Shown here in pieces: positions 1-8,986 of a stretch of DNA of 64,000 nucleotides; position 1 is the first letter of the stretch; the number at the start of each line of letters is the position of its first letter. The notes beneath the pieces are model-generated. The model was given only the letters and a program-made list of their open reading frames with translations, ran no database searches and was not told the DNA's origin. The stretch is from Escherichia coli. GTDB lineage: Bacteria; Pseudomonadota; Gammaproteobacteria; Enterobacterales; Enterobacteriaceae. The position numbers and the translations under genes are program-made. The DNA is taken from the NCBI RefSeq assembly GCF_024223415.1, contig NZ_CP100500.1; one strand, 5' to 3'.

Positions 1-712
1 GTCGTTCAACCATATGATCGAGCGTATTGAGGATGTCTTTACCCGCCAGTCCAATTTCTCAGCGGACATCGCCCACGAAATTCGCACACCAATTACGAAT
101 CTCATAACGCAAACCGAAATCGCCCTCAGCCAGTCGCGCAGCCAGAAGGAGCTGGAAGATGTGCTCTACTCTAATCTCGAAGAGCTGACGCGAATGGCGA
201 AAATGGTCAGCGATATGCTGTTTCTCGCTCAGGCCGATAACAACCAGCTAATCCCCGAAAAGAAAATGCTCAACCTGGCGGATGAAATCGGCAAAGTGTT
301 CGATTTTTTCGAGGCGTTAGCGGAAGATCGCGGCGTGGAGTTGCAGTTTGTTGGCGACGAGTGCCAGGTTGCGGGCGATCCGCTGATGCTGCGTCGGGCA
401 TTAAGCAACCTGCTTTCTAATGCCCTGCGTTATACGCCACCCGGAGAGGCTATTGTAGTGCGCTGCCAGACGGTCGAGCATCAGGTGCAAGTTATCGTCG
501 AAAACCCCGGTACTCCCATTGCGCCCGAGCACTTACCGCGATTGTTTGACCGTTTCTACCGCGTTGACCCTTCCCGCCAGCGAAAAGGCGAAGGTAGCGG
601 CATTGGGCTGGCGATAGTGAAATCGATTGTTGTCGCACATAAAGGCACGGTTGCAGTAACGTCAGATGCGCGGGGGACAAGGTTTGTGATTGTGTTGCCG
701 GAGAGGGGGTGA
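1..712 (+). CDS. cusS: sensor histidine kinase CusS, C-terminal portion (5' end upstream of window)
   Basis: Frame open from window start to stop at 712; H-box (SADIAHEIRTP) and HATPase_c motifs (NLLSNALRYT, GSGIGLAIV); synteny with nfrB/nfrA/ybcH/envY as in E. coli K-12. Confidence 0.8.
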   Translation, partial: SFNHMIERIEDVFTRQSNFSADIAHEIRTPITNLITQTEIALSQSRSQKELEDVLYSNLEELTRMAKMVSDMLFLAQADNNQLIPEKKMLNLADEIGKVFDFFEALAEDRGVELQFVGDECQVAGDPLMLRRALSNLLSNALRYTPPGEAIVVRCQTVEHQVQVIVENPGTPIAPEHLPRLFDRFYRVDPSRQRKGEGSGIGLAIVKSIVVAHKGTVAVTSDARGTRFVIVLPERG

Positions 713-1305
713 TTATTAAGTTCAAATTCAGGGCGAGGGTTTACGGCGTTTTTCGCTAAATTTCCATCATTATAAACAAGCCACCTATCATATAAAGCAA
801 TGAATAATTAAATCGCGATTAATCATCATTAATTTTTATATTATTCACCCAATCCATTTATAAAGTGAATTTGATAAATTCCTAATTTAAAATATCCACT
901 ATTGAGCCAGTATTTAACAACGTTAAGATGTGCAATGTGCAGATCATGTTATCAGGGTGGAGCGGTAGCATATATTTTTTAAGCAATCATTCATTTTAAT
1001 GATGTTAATTGGGTTATTTAGTTGTGAATAAAAACATATTATGAATATTGGTTTAACTTTGCGTTTTTGTTACTCGCTGTGATGTGCGCACCTGTCCTGA
1101 ATAACGTCAGGAAACAATAAGTTGAGCTTGTGATTATTTTTTTGACTGAACAGACACCCGTTTCTGTAAAGTAATATTTAAACAAAATTCTCACATAATC
1201 ATAGCATTTTTTGTTCCTTCCCTAATAACGTCTTAAGTCGTCCCGCTTATCTCATTATCCGCAGTTGTACGGTGCGGATTATTATTCATTTTACCGGAGG
1301 TTGCT

Positions 1306-3207
1306 ATGTCAACCGGATTACGTTTCACACTGGAAGTGGACGGCCTGCCACCGGACGCTTTTGCGGTGGTTTCCTTTCATCTCACCCAGTCACTCTCTTC
1401 GCTCTTTTCCCTCGATCTCTCCCTGGTCAGCCAGCAGTTTCTCTCCCTTGAATTCCAGCAGATCCTCGACAAAATGGCCTACCTGACGATATGGCAGGGC
1501 GATGACGTACAGCGCCGGGTGAAAGGTGTGGTGACCTGGTTTGAACTGGGGGAGAACGACAAAAACCAGATGCTGTACAGCATGAAGGTATGCCCGCCGC
1601 TGTGGCGTGCCGGTCTGCGCCAGAACTTCCGTATCTTCCAGAACGAGGACATCAAAAGCATCCTCGGCACGATATTGCAGGAAAACGGGGTGACCGAGTG
1701 GAGTCCGCTGTTCAGTGAACCGCATCCTTCCCGTGAGTTTTGTGTCCAGTACGGTGAGACTGATTACGATTTCCTGTGCCGGATGGCGGCGGAGGAAGGC
1801 ATCTTCTTTTATGAGGAGCATGCTTACAAAAGTACCGACCAGAGCCTGGTGCTGTGCGACACGGTCCGCCATCTGCCCGAATCTTTTGAAATCCCATGGA
1901 ACCCGAACACCCGTACCGAGGTGAGCACCCTCTGCATCAGCCAGTTTCGCTACAGCGCACAAATCCGCCCTTCTTCCGTGGTGACCAAAGACTACACCTT
2001 TAAACGCCCCGGCTGGGCAGGACGTTTTGATCAGGAAGGCCAGCACCAGGATTACCAGCGCACGCAGTATGAGGTGTATGACTACCCCGGACGTTTCAAG
2101 GGCGCCCACGGGCAGAACTTTGCCCGCTGGCAGATGGAGGGCTGGCGAAACAATGCAGAAACCGCGCGGGGAATGAGTCGCTCGCCGGAGATATGGCCGG
2201 GACGGCGAATTGTGCTGACGGGGCATCCGCAGGCGAACCTGAACCGGGAATGGCAGGTGGTGGCAAGTGAACTGCACGGCGAGCAGCCGCAGGCGGTGCC
2301 GGGAAGGCGGGGAGCAGGGACGGCGCTGGAGAACCATTTTGCGGTGATCCCGGCAGACCGGACATGGCGACCCCAGCCGCGGCTAAAACCGCTGGTGGAC
2401 GGTCCGCAGAGCGCCGTCGTGACGGGGCCGGAGGGTGAGGAAATCTTCTGTGATGAACATGGCCGAGTGCGGGTGAAATTCAACTGGGACCGTTATAACC
2501 CGGCAGACCAGGACAGCTCGTGCTGGATCCGTGTGGCACAGGCGTGGGCAGGCACCGGTTTTGGCAACCTGGCGATACCGCGTGTGGGTCAGGAGGTGAT
2601 AGTGGACTTCCTCAACGGCGATCCGGACCAGCCGATCATTATGGGGCGCACCTACCACCAGGAAAACCGCACCCCCGGCAGCCTGCCGGGGACGAAGACG
2701 CAGATGACCATCCGTTCCAAAACGTATATGGGCAGCGGGTTTAATGAGCTGAAGTTTGACGATGCGACAGGGAAAGAACAGGTCTACATCCACGCGCAGA
2801 AGGACATGGATACCGAGGTACTCAACGATCGTACCACCACCGTAAAACACGATCATCGCGAAACCGTAAAAAATGACCAGACGGTCACGATACAGGAAGG
2901 TAATCGCCTTCTTATGGTGGAAAAAGGCGACAAGATCACAGGAGTACGAAAAGGTTCTTTATCTGAGAATGTCTTTCAGGACAGAGGCACGATTGCCGGT
3001 TCGGTGCATGTTGACGCTGTAGACAATGGTGGCGAAGGCAACGGTATACAGGCTTATACGGCAATTAAGGAAATTATGCTGGCCGTGGAGGAAAGCAAAA
3101 TTGCGCTGACGCCGGATGGCATTCAGCTACAGGTCGGGGAATCAACGGTAATCAGGCTGTCGAAGGATGGCATCACCATCGTGGGCGGCTCTGTTTTTAT
3201 CAACTGA
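1306..3207 (+). CDS. vgrG: T6SS spike protein VgrG
   Basis: 633 aa; gp27/gp5-like architecture with conserved gp5-type segment (IPRVGQEVIVDFLNGDPDQPIIMG); good RBS (ggaggttgctATG); followed by Eag chaperone and PAAR-Rhs genes. Confidence 0.9.
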   Translation: MSTGLRFTLEVDGLPPDAFAVVSFHLTQSLSSLFSLDLSLVSQQFLSLEFQQILDKMAYLTIWQGDDVQRRVKGVVTWFELGENDKNQMLYSMKVCPPLWRAGLRQNFRIFQNEDIKSILGTILQENGVTEWSPLFSEPHPSREFCVQYGETDYDFLCRMAAEEGIFFYEEHAYKSTDQSLVLCDTVRHLPESFEIPWNPNTRTEVSTLCISQFRYSAQIRPSSVVTKDYTFKRPGWAGRFDQEGQHQDYQRTQYEVYDYPGRFKGAHGQNFARWQMEGWRNNAETARGMSRSPEIWPGRRIVLTGHPQANLNREWQVVASELHGEQPQAVPGRRGAGTALENHFAVIPADRTWRPQPRLKPLVDGPQSAVVTGPEGEEIFCDEHGRVRVKFNWDRYNPADQDSSCWIRVAQAWAGTGFGNLAIPRVGQEVIVDFLNGDPDQPIIMGRTYHQENRTPGSLPGTKTQMTIRSKTYMGSGFNELKFDDATGKEQVYIHAQKDMDTEVLNDRTTTVKHDHRETVKNDQTVTIQEGNRLLMVEKGDKITGVRKGSLSENVFQDRGTIAGSVHVDAVDNGGEGNGIQAYTAIKEIMLAVEESKIALTPDGIQLQVGESTVIRLSKDGITIVGGSVFIN

Positions 3208-3234
3208 TTCACTCAGATTATCAGGGAGTATTTT

Positions 3235-3696
3235 ATGCAGTTCACTTTTAATGAAGGCCACATTCAACTGCCGTCTCAATGGCAGGATCAGTCAATGCAG
3301 GTCCTGGTGTCCACAGATAACAGTGGCATCAACCTGGTCATTACCCGCGAAGCCGTTCCACAGGGAACCCTGACACCAGAGCTGTACCAGGAAACGCTGG
3401 CGCTGTACCAGGGCAAACTTGATGGGTACACCGCACATGCCTGCCGGGAAATCACTCTGGCAGAGGCCCCGGCCTGGCTGCTGGATTATTCCTGGAACGG
3501 TCCGGAAGATGAAGGGAATCAGGGGCGGATTAGCCAGATAGCCGTATTCCAGCGGCGTGGAGATACGCTGCTGACCTTCACTTTCAGCACCTCCTTATCC
3601 CTGAAGAACAGTCAAAAGACGATGCTGCTGGAGGTGATAAAGAGCTTCACCCCGTTGCCACCGGAGAATGATATCCAAAAGGACCAGCCGCGCTGA
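3235..3696 (+). CDS. DUF1795/Eag-family effector chaperone (EagR-like)
   Basis: 153 aa; N-terminal FNEG...LPSQWQDQS signature typical of Eag chaperones; sits between vgrG and a prePAAR Rhs effector. Confidence 0.65.
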   Translation: MQFTFNEGHIQLPSQWQDQSMQVLVSTDNSGINLVITREAVPQGTLTPELYQETLALYQGKLDGYTAHACREITLAEAPAWLLDYSWNGPEDEGNQGRISQIAVFQRRGDTLLTFTFSTSLSLKNSQKTMLLEVIKSFTPLPPENDIQKDQPR

Positions 3697-3715
3697 CATA
3701 AACGAGGGATAACAC

Positions 3716-6700
3716 ATGAGTGAAGGACCAGGCGGGCCACAGGGAGCGACCGCAGGCGGTACGCTGGCAATGCGAATGCTTTCACAGCAGGCGATGGTCG
3801 CCAGCCAGATGAAACGGGCAGCCAACAACAAAGCCATTGCACAGATGTTGGCATCAAAAAAGTCTGGCCCCCCCGCCGCCAGGCTGGGCGATGAAATTCA
3901 GCACAAGAGTTTTTTGGGGGCGCTGGCAGGGGCCGTGCTGGGGGCGATAGTGACCATCGCAGAAGGTTGCCTGATTATGGCCGCCTGTGCCACCGGCCCT
4001 TATGCGCTGGTTCTGGTGCCTGCGCTGATGTATGCCAGCTATAAGGCGAGTGATTATGTGGAGGAGAAACAGAACCAGCTTGAATCATGGATAAACAGCT
4101 TTTGTGACACGGACGGCGCCATCAATACCGGTTCTGAAAACGTAAAAATTAACGGAAAGCCCGCTGCCAGGGCCGCCGTCACCCTTCCCTCTCCTCCCCC
4201 GCCTGAAGCAATACCCGAAGCCTCACAGGGGGAGCATTCATGGGGTGACATGGCCCTTGACCTGCTTGAATCGGCAGCGGAAAAAGCAGCGCCACTGGCT
4301 AAATCCTGGGGGAACGCTGTTATCACCCTGACGGACAGCAATGCCAGTTTTATGGATCGCGTCAGTGCAGGCGCATCGCTTCTGTTTCCCGCCGGTCCGG
4401 TATTAATGGAGTTTGCCACCATGGTGGGCGGGCGTGGCGAAATCAAAAAAGATGTGGATTTCCCGGAAGCCGGTGAGGACACGGCGCTCTGCGACAAGGA
4501 GAACAAACCACCGAGGATAGCCCAGGGCAGCAGCAACGTCTTTATCAACAATCAGCCTGCCGCGCGCAAGGGCGACAAACTGGAGTGCAGCGCGGCAATC
4601 GTGGAAGGTTCGCCGGACGTCTTTATTGGGGGTGAGCAGGTCACCTATCTGGATATCCAGCCGGAGTTCCCGCCATGGCAGAGAATGATCCTGGGAGGAA
4701 TAACGATAGCCAGCTATCTTCTGCCGCCAGCAGGACTGCTGGGAAAACTGGGGAATCTGGCGAAACTGGGCAAACTGGGAAACCTGCTGGGGAAAAGCGG
4801 GAAGCTGCTGGGCGCAAAACTCGGCGCGTTGCTGGGGAAAACAGGTAAGTCGTTAAAAAGTATTGCCAATAAAGTCATCAGATGGGTAACAGATCCTGTC
4901 GATCCGGTAACCGGCGCGTACTGCGACGAACGTACCGACTTCACCCTGGGCCAGACCCTCCCCCTCTCCTTCACCCGTTTCCACAGTTCTGTACTGCCAC
5001 TGCATGGCCTGACGGGCGTGGGCTGGAGCGACTCCTGGAGCGAATACGCCTGGGTGCGTGAACAGGGAAACCGGGTGGATATCATCAGCCTGGGAGCCAC
5101 GCTGAACTTCGCCTTCGACGGTGAAAGTGATACGGCGGTTAACCCGTATCACGCCCAGTACATTCTGCGCCGCTGCGACGATTACCTGGAGCTGTTCGAC
5201 AGGAATGCACTGAGCAGCCGCTTCTTTTATGACGCCTTTCCGGGAATGCGTCTGCGCCACCCGGTGACTGACGATACCAGCGATGACCGCCTGGCACACA
5301 GCCCCGCAGACCGGATGTACATGCTGGGCGGGATGAGCGACACCGCCAGCAACCGCATCACGTTTGAGCGCGACAGCCAGTACCGGATCACGGGTGTCAG
5401 TCACACCGACGGGATCCGGCTTAAACTGACGTACCACGCCAGCGGCTACCTGAAAGCCATTCACCGCACGGATAACGGCATACAGACGCTGGCGACCTAC
5501 GAACAGGATGCGCGGGGGCGGCTGACAGAAGCGGATGCGCGGCTGGACTACCACCTGTTTTATGAGTACGACGCTGCGGACCGGATCATCCGCTGGTCCG
5601 ATAACGACCAGACGTGGAGCCGTTTCACCTACGATGAACAGGGCCGGTGCGTGACCGTCACCGGGGCGGAGGGCTATTACAACGCCACGCTGGACTATGG
5701 TGACGGCTGCACCACCGTGACGGACGGCAAGGGCATTCACCGTTATTACTATGATCCTGACGGCAATATTCTGCGGGAAGAAGCGCCGGACGGCAGCACC
5801 ACCACGTATGAATGGGATGAATTCCATCACCTGCTGGCCCGCCACTCCCCTGCCAGGCGGGTGGAGAAATTTGAATACAACGCCGCACAGGGTCAGTTAA
5901 GCCGTTACACGGCGGCAGACGGCGCGGAGTGGCAGTACTGCTATGATGAGCGCGGCCTGCTCAGCAACATCACCGACCCTGCCGGGCAGACGTGGACGCA
6001 GCAGTGTGATGAACGCGGCCTGCCGGTAAGTCTGGTGTCGCCACAGGGCGAAGAGACCCGGCTGGCGTACACGCCGCAGGGGCTGCTGTCGGGGATATTC
6101 CGCCAGGATGAACGGCGTCTGGGCATAGAGTACGACCACCACAACCGGCCGGAAACACTCACCGACGTGATGGGCCGTGAACACCACACCGAATACAGCG
6201 GTCACGACCTGCCGGTGAAGATGCGCGGCCCCGGCGGTCAGTCAGTGCGGTTGCAGTGGCAGCAGCACCATAAACTGAGCGGCCTTGAGCGGGCAGGAAC
6301 CGGCGCAGAAGGATTCCGCTATGACCGCCACGGCAACCTGCTGGCGTACACGGACGGTAACGGCGTTGTCTGGACAATGGAATACGGCCCGTTCGATTTG
6401 CCGGTGGCGCGAACGGACGGTGAAGGCCACCGCTGGCAGTACCGCTACGATAAAGACACGCTGCAGCTCACAGAAGTCATTAACCCGCAGGGTGAGTCTT
6501 ATCTTTATATTCTGGACAACTGTGGCCGGGTGACGGAAGAACGTGACTGGGGCGGCGTGGTCTGGCGTTACCGTTATGACGCTGATGGCCTGTGTACCGC
6601 CAGGGTCAACGGCCTGGAGGAAACCATCCTCTACGGCCGGGACGCCGCAGGCCGCCTGGCAGAAGTCATCACGCCGGAAGGTAAAACGCAGTATGCGTAT

Positions 6701-8536
6701 GACAAATCCGGCAGGCTGACGGGTATCTTCAGCCCGGACGGCACATCACAGCGCACCGGCTACGACGAACGCGGGCGGGTGAATGTCACCACTCAGGGCC
6801 GACGGGCCATTGAATACCACTACCCCGACGAACATACCGTCATCCGCTGTATCCTGCCACCGGAAGATGAACGCGACAGACACCCCGATGAATCCCTGCT
6901 GAAAACCACGTACCGCTACAACGCAGCCGGAGAACTGACGGAGGTTATCCTGCCGGGGAATGAGACGCTGACGTTCAGCCGTGATGAGGCAGGACGTGAA
7001 GTGTTCCGGCACAGTAACCGGGGTTTTGCCTGTGAGCAGGGCTGGAATGCAGCCGGCCAGCTTACCAGCCAGCGCGCCGGACTTTTCCCGGAGGAAGCCA
7101 CGTGGGGCGGGCTGGTTCCGTCACTGGTGCGGGAGTACCGTTACGACAGCGCGGGTAATGTGTCAGGCGTCACCAGCCGGGAAGATTACGGACGGGAAAC
7201 ACGGCGGGAATACCGGCTGGACCGGAACGGCCAAGTCACGGCGGTGACAGCCTCAGGCACCGGGCTGGGCTATGGCGAAGGCGATGAGTCCTATGGCTAT
7301 GACAGCTGTGGCTACCTGAAGGCGCAGTCTGCGGGCAGGCACCGGATAAGTGAAGAGACTGACCAGTATGCCGGAGGCCACCGGCTGAAACAGGCCGGAA
7401 ACACGCAGTATGACTATGACGCCGCAGGCCGGATGGTCAGCCGGACAAAACACCGTGACGGCTACCGCCCGGAAACAGAGCGGTTCCGGTGGGACAGCCG
7501 GGACCAGCTGACCGGGTATTGCAGCGCACAGGGTGAGCTGTGGGAATACCGCCACGACGCCAGCGGCAGACGAACAGAGAAACGCTGCGACCGGAAGAAA
7601 ATCCGCTTCACGTATCTGTGGGACGGCGACAGTATTGCGGAAATCCGGGAATACCGCGATGATGAACTGTACAGCGTACGGCACCTGGTGTTTAACGGCT
7701 TTGAGCTGATAAGCCAGCAGTTCAGCCGGGTACGGCAGCCGCACCCGTCCGTGGCTCCGCAGTGGGTGACGCGGACGAATCATGCGGTGAGCGACCTGAC
7801 GGGCCGGCCGCTGATGCTCTTTAACAGTGAAGGTAAAACCGTCTGGCAGCCGGGACAGACCAGCCTGTGGGGGCTGGCACTCAGCCTGCCCGCAGACACA
7901 GACTACCCGGACCCGCGCGGGGAACTGGACCCGGAAGCCGACCCCGGCCTGCTGTATGCGGGACAGTGGCAGGATGCGGAATCCGGGCTGTGCTATAACC
8001 GGTTCCGGTATTACGATCCGGAAACCGGAATGTACCTGGTGAGTGATCCGCTGGGGTTGCAGGGAGGGGAGCAGACTTACCGGTATGTGCCTAATCCTTG
8101 TGGGTATGTTGATCCCTCTGGGTTGGCAATGACTTCGAAAATAGTCAATAAACTACCTTCTGCAAAAGATCTTGCTACAAAAAGGGCCAGTGAGTTATTA
8201 GCAAAGGCAACATCTAATACCCAGCGAAGTAAATTACCAAGGGCAGTTTCAGCTGTTGTTGATAAGAGAACTGGCAAAATATATTATGGAGAAAGTGGCT
8301 GGCCTCACCCAACAGAAATACATCCTACATTACAAAATAATATGCCATCAGCCAGTAAGGAGCGATGGGCAATCGAGAACTGTGCGGAATTTAAAGCTGT
8401 AAATGAAGCTTTGAAGGCAAATGCGAAAATTAGTGATCTTGAAGTTCATACAGTATTGGTAAAAACAGGCGAAGCTTTTCCAATGTGTAAGAATTGTCAA
8501 ATTTCAATATTTGGCGCTGTTGTTACAAGCGGGTGA
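3716..8536 (+). CDS. prePAAR/PAAR-domain Rhs polymorphic toxin (T6SS effector) with deaminase-like C-terminal domain
   Basis: 1606 aa; prePAAR motif AARLGDEIQH, hydrophobic helices, PAAR-like segments (NGKPAARAAV, NNQPAARKGD), long YD-repeat core, DPLGL demarcation motif, then ~140 aa divergent AT-rich tail containing CAE...PMCKNC. Confidence 0.9.
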   Translation: MSEGPGGPQGATAGGTLAMRMLSQQAMVASQMKRAANNKAIAQMLASKKSGPPAARLGDEIQHKSFLGALAGAVLGAIVTIAEGCLIMAACATGPYALVLVPALMYASYKASDYVEEKQNQLESWINSFCDTDGAINTGSENVKINGKPAARAAVTLPSPPPPEAIPEASQGEHSWGDMALDLLESAAEKAAPLAKSWGNAVITLTDSNASFMDRVSAGASLLFPAGPVLMEFATMVGGRGEIKKDVDFPEAGEDTALCDKENKPPRIAQGSSNVFINNQPAARKGDKLECSAAIVEGSPDVFIGGEQVTYLDIQPEFPPWQRMILGGITIASYLLPPAGLLGKLGNLAKLGKLGNLLGKSGKLLGAKLGALLGKTGKSLKSIANKVIRWVTDPVDPVTGAYCDERTDFTLGQTLPLSFTRFHSSVLPLHGLTGVGWSDSWSEYAWVREQGNRVDIISLGATLNFAFDGESDTAVNPYHAQYILRRCDDYLELFDRNALSSRFFYDAFPGMRLRHPVTDDTSDDRLAHSPADRMYMLGGMSDTASNRITFERDSQYRITGVSHTDGIRLKLTYHASGYLKAIHRTDNGIQTLATYEQDARGRLTEADARLDYHLFYEYDAADRIIRWSDNDQTWSRFTYDEQGRCVTVTGAEGYYNATLDYGDGCTTVTDGKGIHRYYYDPDGNILREEAPDGSTTTYEWDEFHHLLARHSPARRVEKFEYNAAQGQLSRYTAADGAEWQYCYDERGLLSNITDPAGQTWTQQCDERGLPVSLVSPQGEETRLAYTPQGLLSGIFRQDERRLGIEYDHHNRPETLTDVMGREHHTEYSGHDLPVKMRGPGGQSVRLQWQQHHKLSGLERAGTGAEGFRYDRHGNLLAYTDGNGVVWTMEYGPFDLPVARTDGEGHRWQYRYDKDTLQLTEVINPQGESYLYILDNCGRVTEERDWGGVVWRYRYDADGLCTARVNGLEETILYGRDAAGRLAEVITPEGKTQYAYDKSGRLTGIFSPDGTSQRTGYDERGRVNVTTQGRRAIEYHYPDEHTVIRCILPPEDERDRHPDESLLKTTYRYNAAGELTEVILPGNETLTFSRDEAGREVFRHSNRGFACEQGWNAAGQLTSQRAGLFPEEATWGGLVPSLVREYRYDSAGNVSGVTSREDYGRETRREYRLDRNGQVTAVTASGTGLGYGEGDESYGYDSCGYLKAQSAGRHRISEETDQYAGGHRLKQAGNTQYDYDAAGRMVSRTKHRDGYRPETERFRWDSRDQLTGYCSAQGELWEYRHDASGRRTEKRCDRKKIRFTYLWDGDSIAEIREYRDDELYSVRHLVFNGFELISQQFSRVRQPHPSVAPQWVTRTNHAVSDLTGRPLMLFNSEGKTVWQPGQTSLWGLALSLPADTDYPDPRGELDPEADPGLLYAGQWQDAESGLCYNRFRYYDPETGMYLVSDPLGLQGGEQTYRYVPNPCGYVDPSGLAMTSKIVNKLPSAKDLATKRASELLAKATSNTQRSKLPRAVSAVVDKRTGKIYYGESGWPHPTEIHPTLQNNMPSASKERWAIENCAEFKAVNEALKANAKISDLEVHTVLVKTGEAFPMCKNCQISIFGAVVTSG

Positions 8537-8540
8537 TTAT

Positions 8541-8978
8541 ATGTGTGAATTAATTAATGAAGCATCAAAATATGGGAAAGTCAATGTAAGAAAGATGGAC
8601 ATTGATTTGTGTTGTAAAAAAATAGAGGAAGAAGGGTATTCTGTTTTCGTTGCGTTCTATGATTTTATAAAAAAATATGGCGGTTTATATGGCTTTCATT
8701 CAGCTTACAAAGACACCACTATAAGTGAGGCTTTTTTTATAGATCCAGAAAGGGCCTCTAATCGCATTTTTATAGAAAGAGTCAATGATTATATTGAGAG
8801 AGCTGGTTACAATATGATTCCTGTTGGCGAGTGCAGTAATGGTCATATCACATTATTATATGGGGAAAATAATGTGATATATGGCGGCTTGGATGATTAT
8901 CTTTGGAAGTATGGGGATAATTTATCTTCATCAATTGATATATTGATTAATGGTAAGGAGGCAGTTGAAATTCCGTAA
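8541..8978 (+). CDS. putative immunity protein for the Rhs C-terminal toxin
   Basis: 145 aa from internal ATG (track ORF 8511..8978), starting 5 nt after rhs stop; AT-rich like the toxin tail; assigned by position only. Confidence 0.55.
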   Translation: MCELINEASKYGKVNVRKMDIDLCCKKIEEEGYSVFVAFYDFIKKYGGLYGFHSAYKDTTISEAFFIDPERASNRIFIERVNDYIERAGYNMIPVGECSNGHITLLYGENNVIYGGLDDYLWKYGDNLSSSIDILINGKEAVEIP

Positions 8979-8986
8979 GGCCAACT

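Noticed and set aside
713-1305. hcp gene upstream of vgrG
   Set aside because: No ORF of suitable size on either strand; the region is AT-rich and non-coding, most likely promoter sequence.
4853-5845. 330-aa antisense ORF inside rhs (also 7253..7783, 9641..10171 and 1390..2337 antisense to vgrG)
   Set aside because: They are embedded antisense in strongly supported genes and have Arg/Ala/Val-rich composition. The pair 7253..7783 / 9641..10171 simply reflects the duplicated rhs core.
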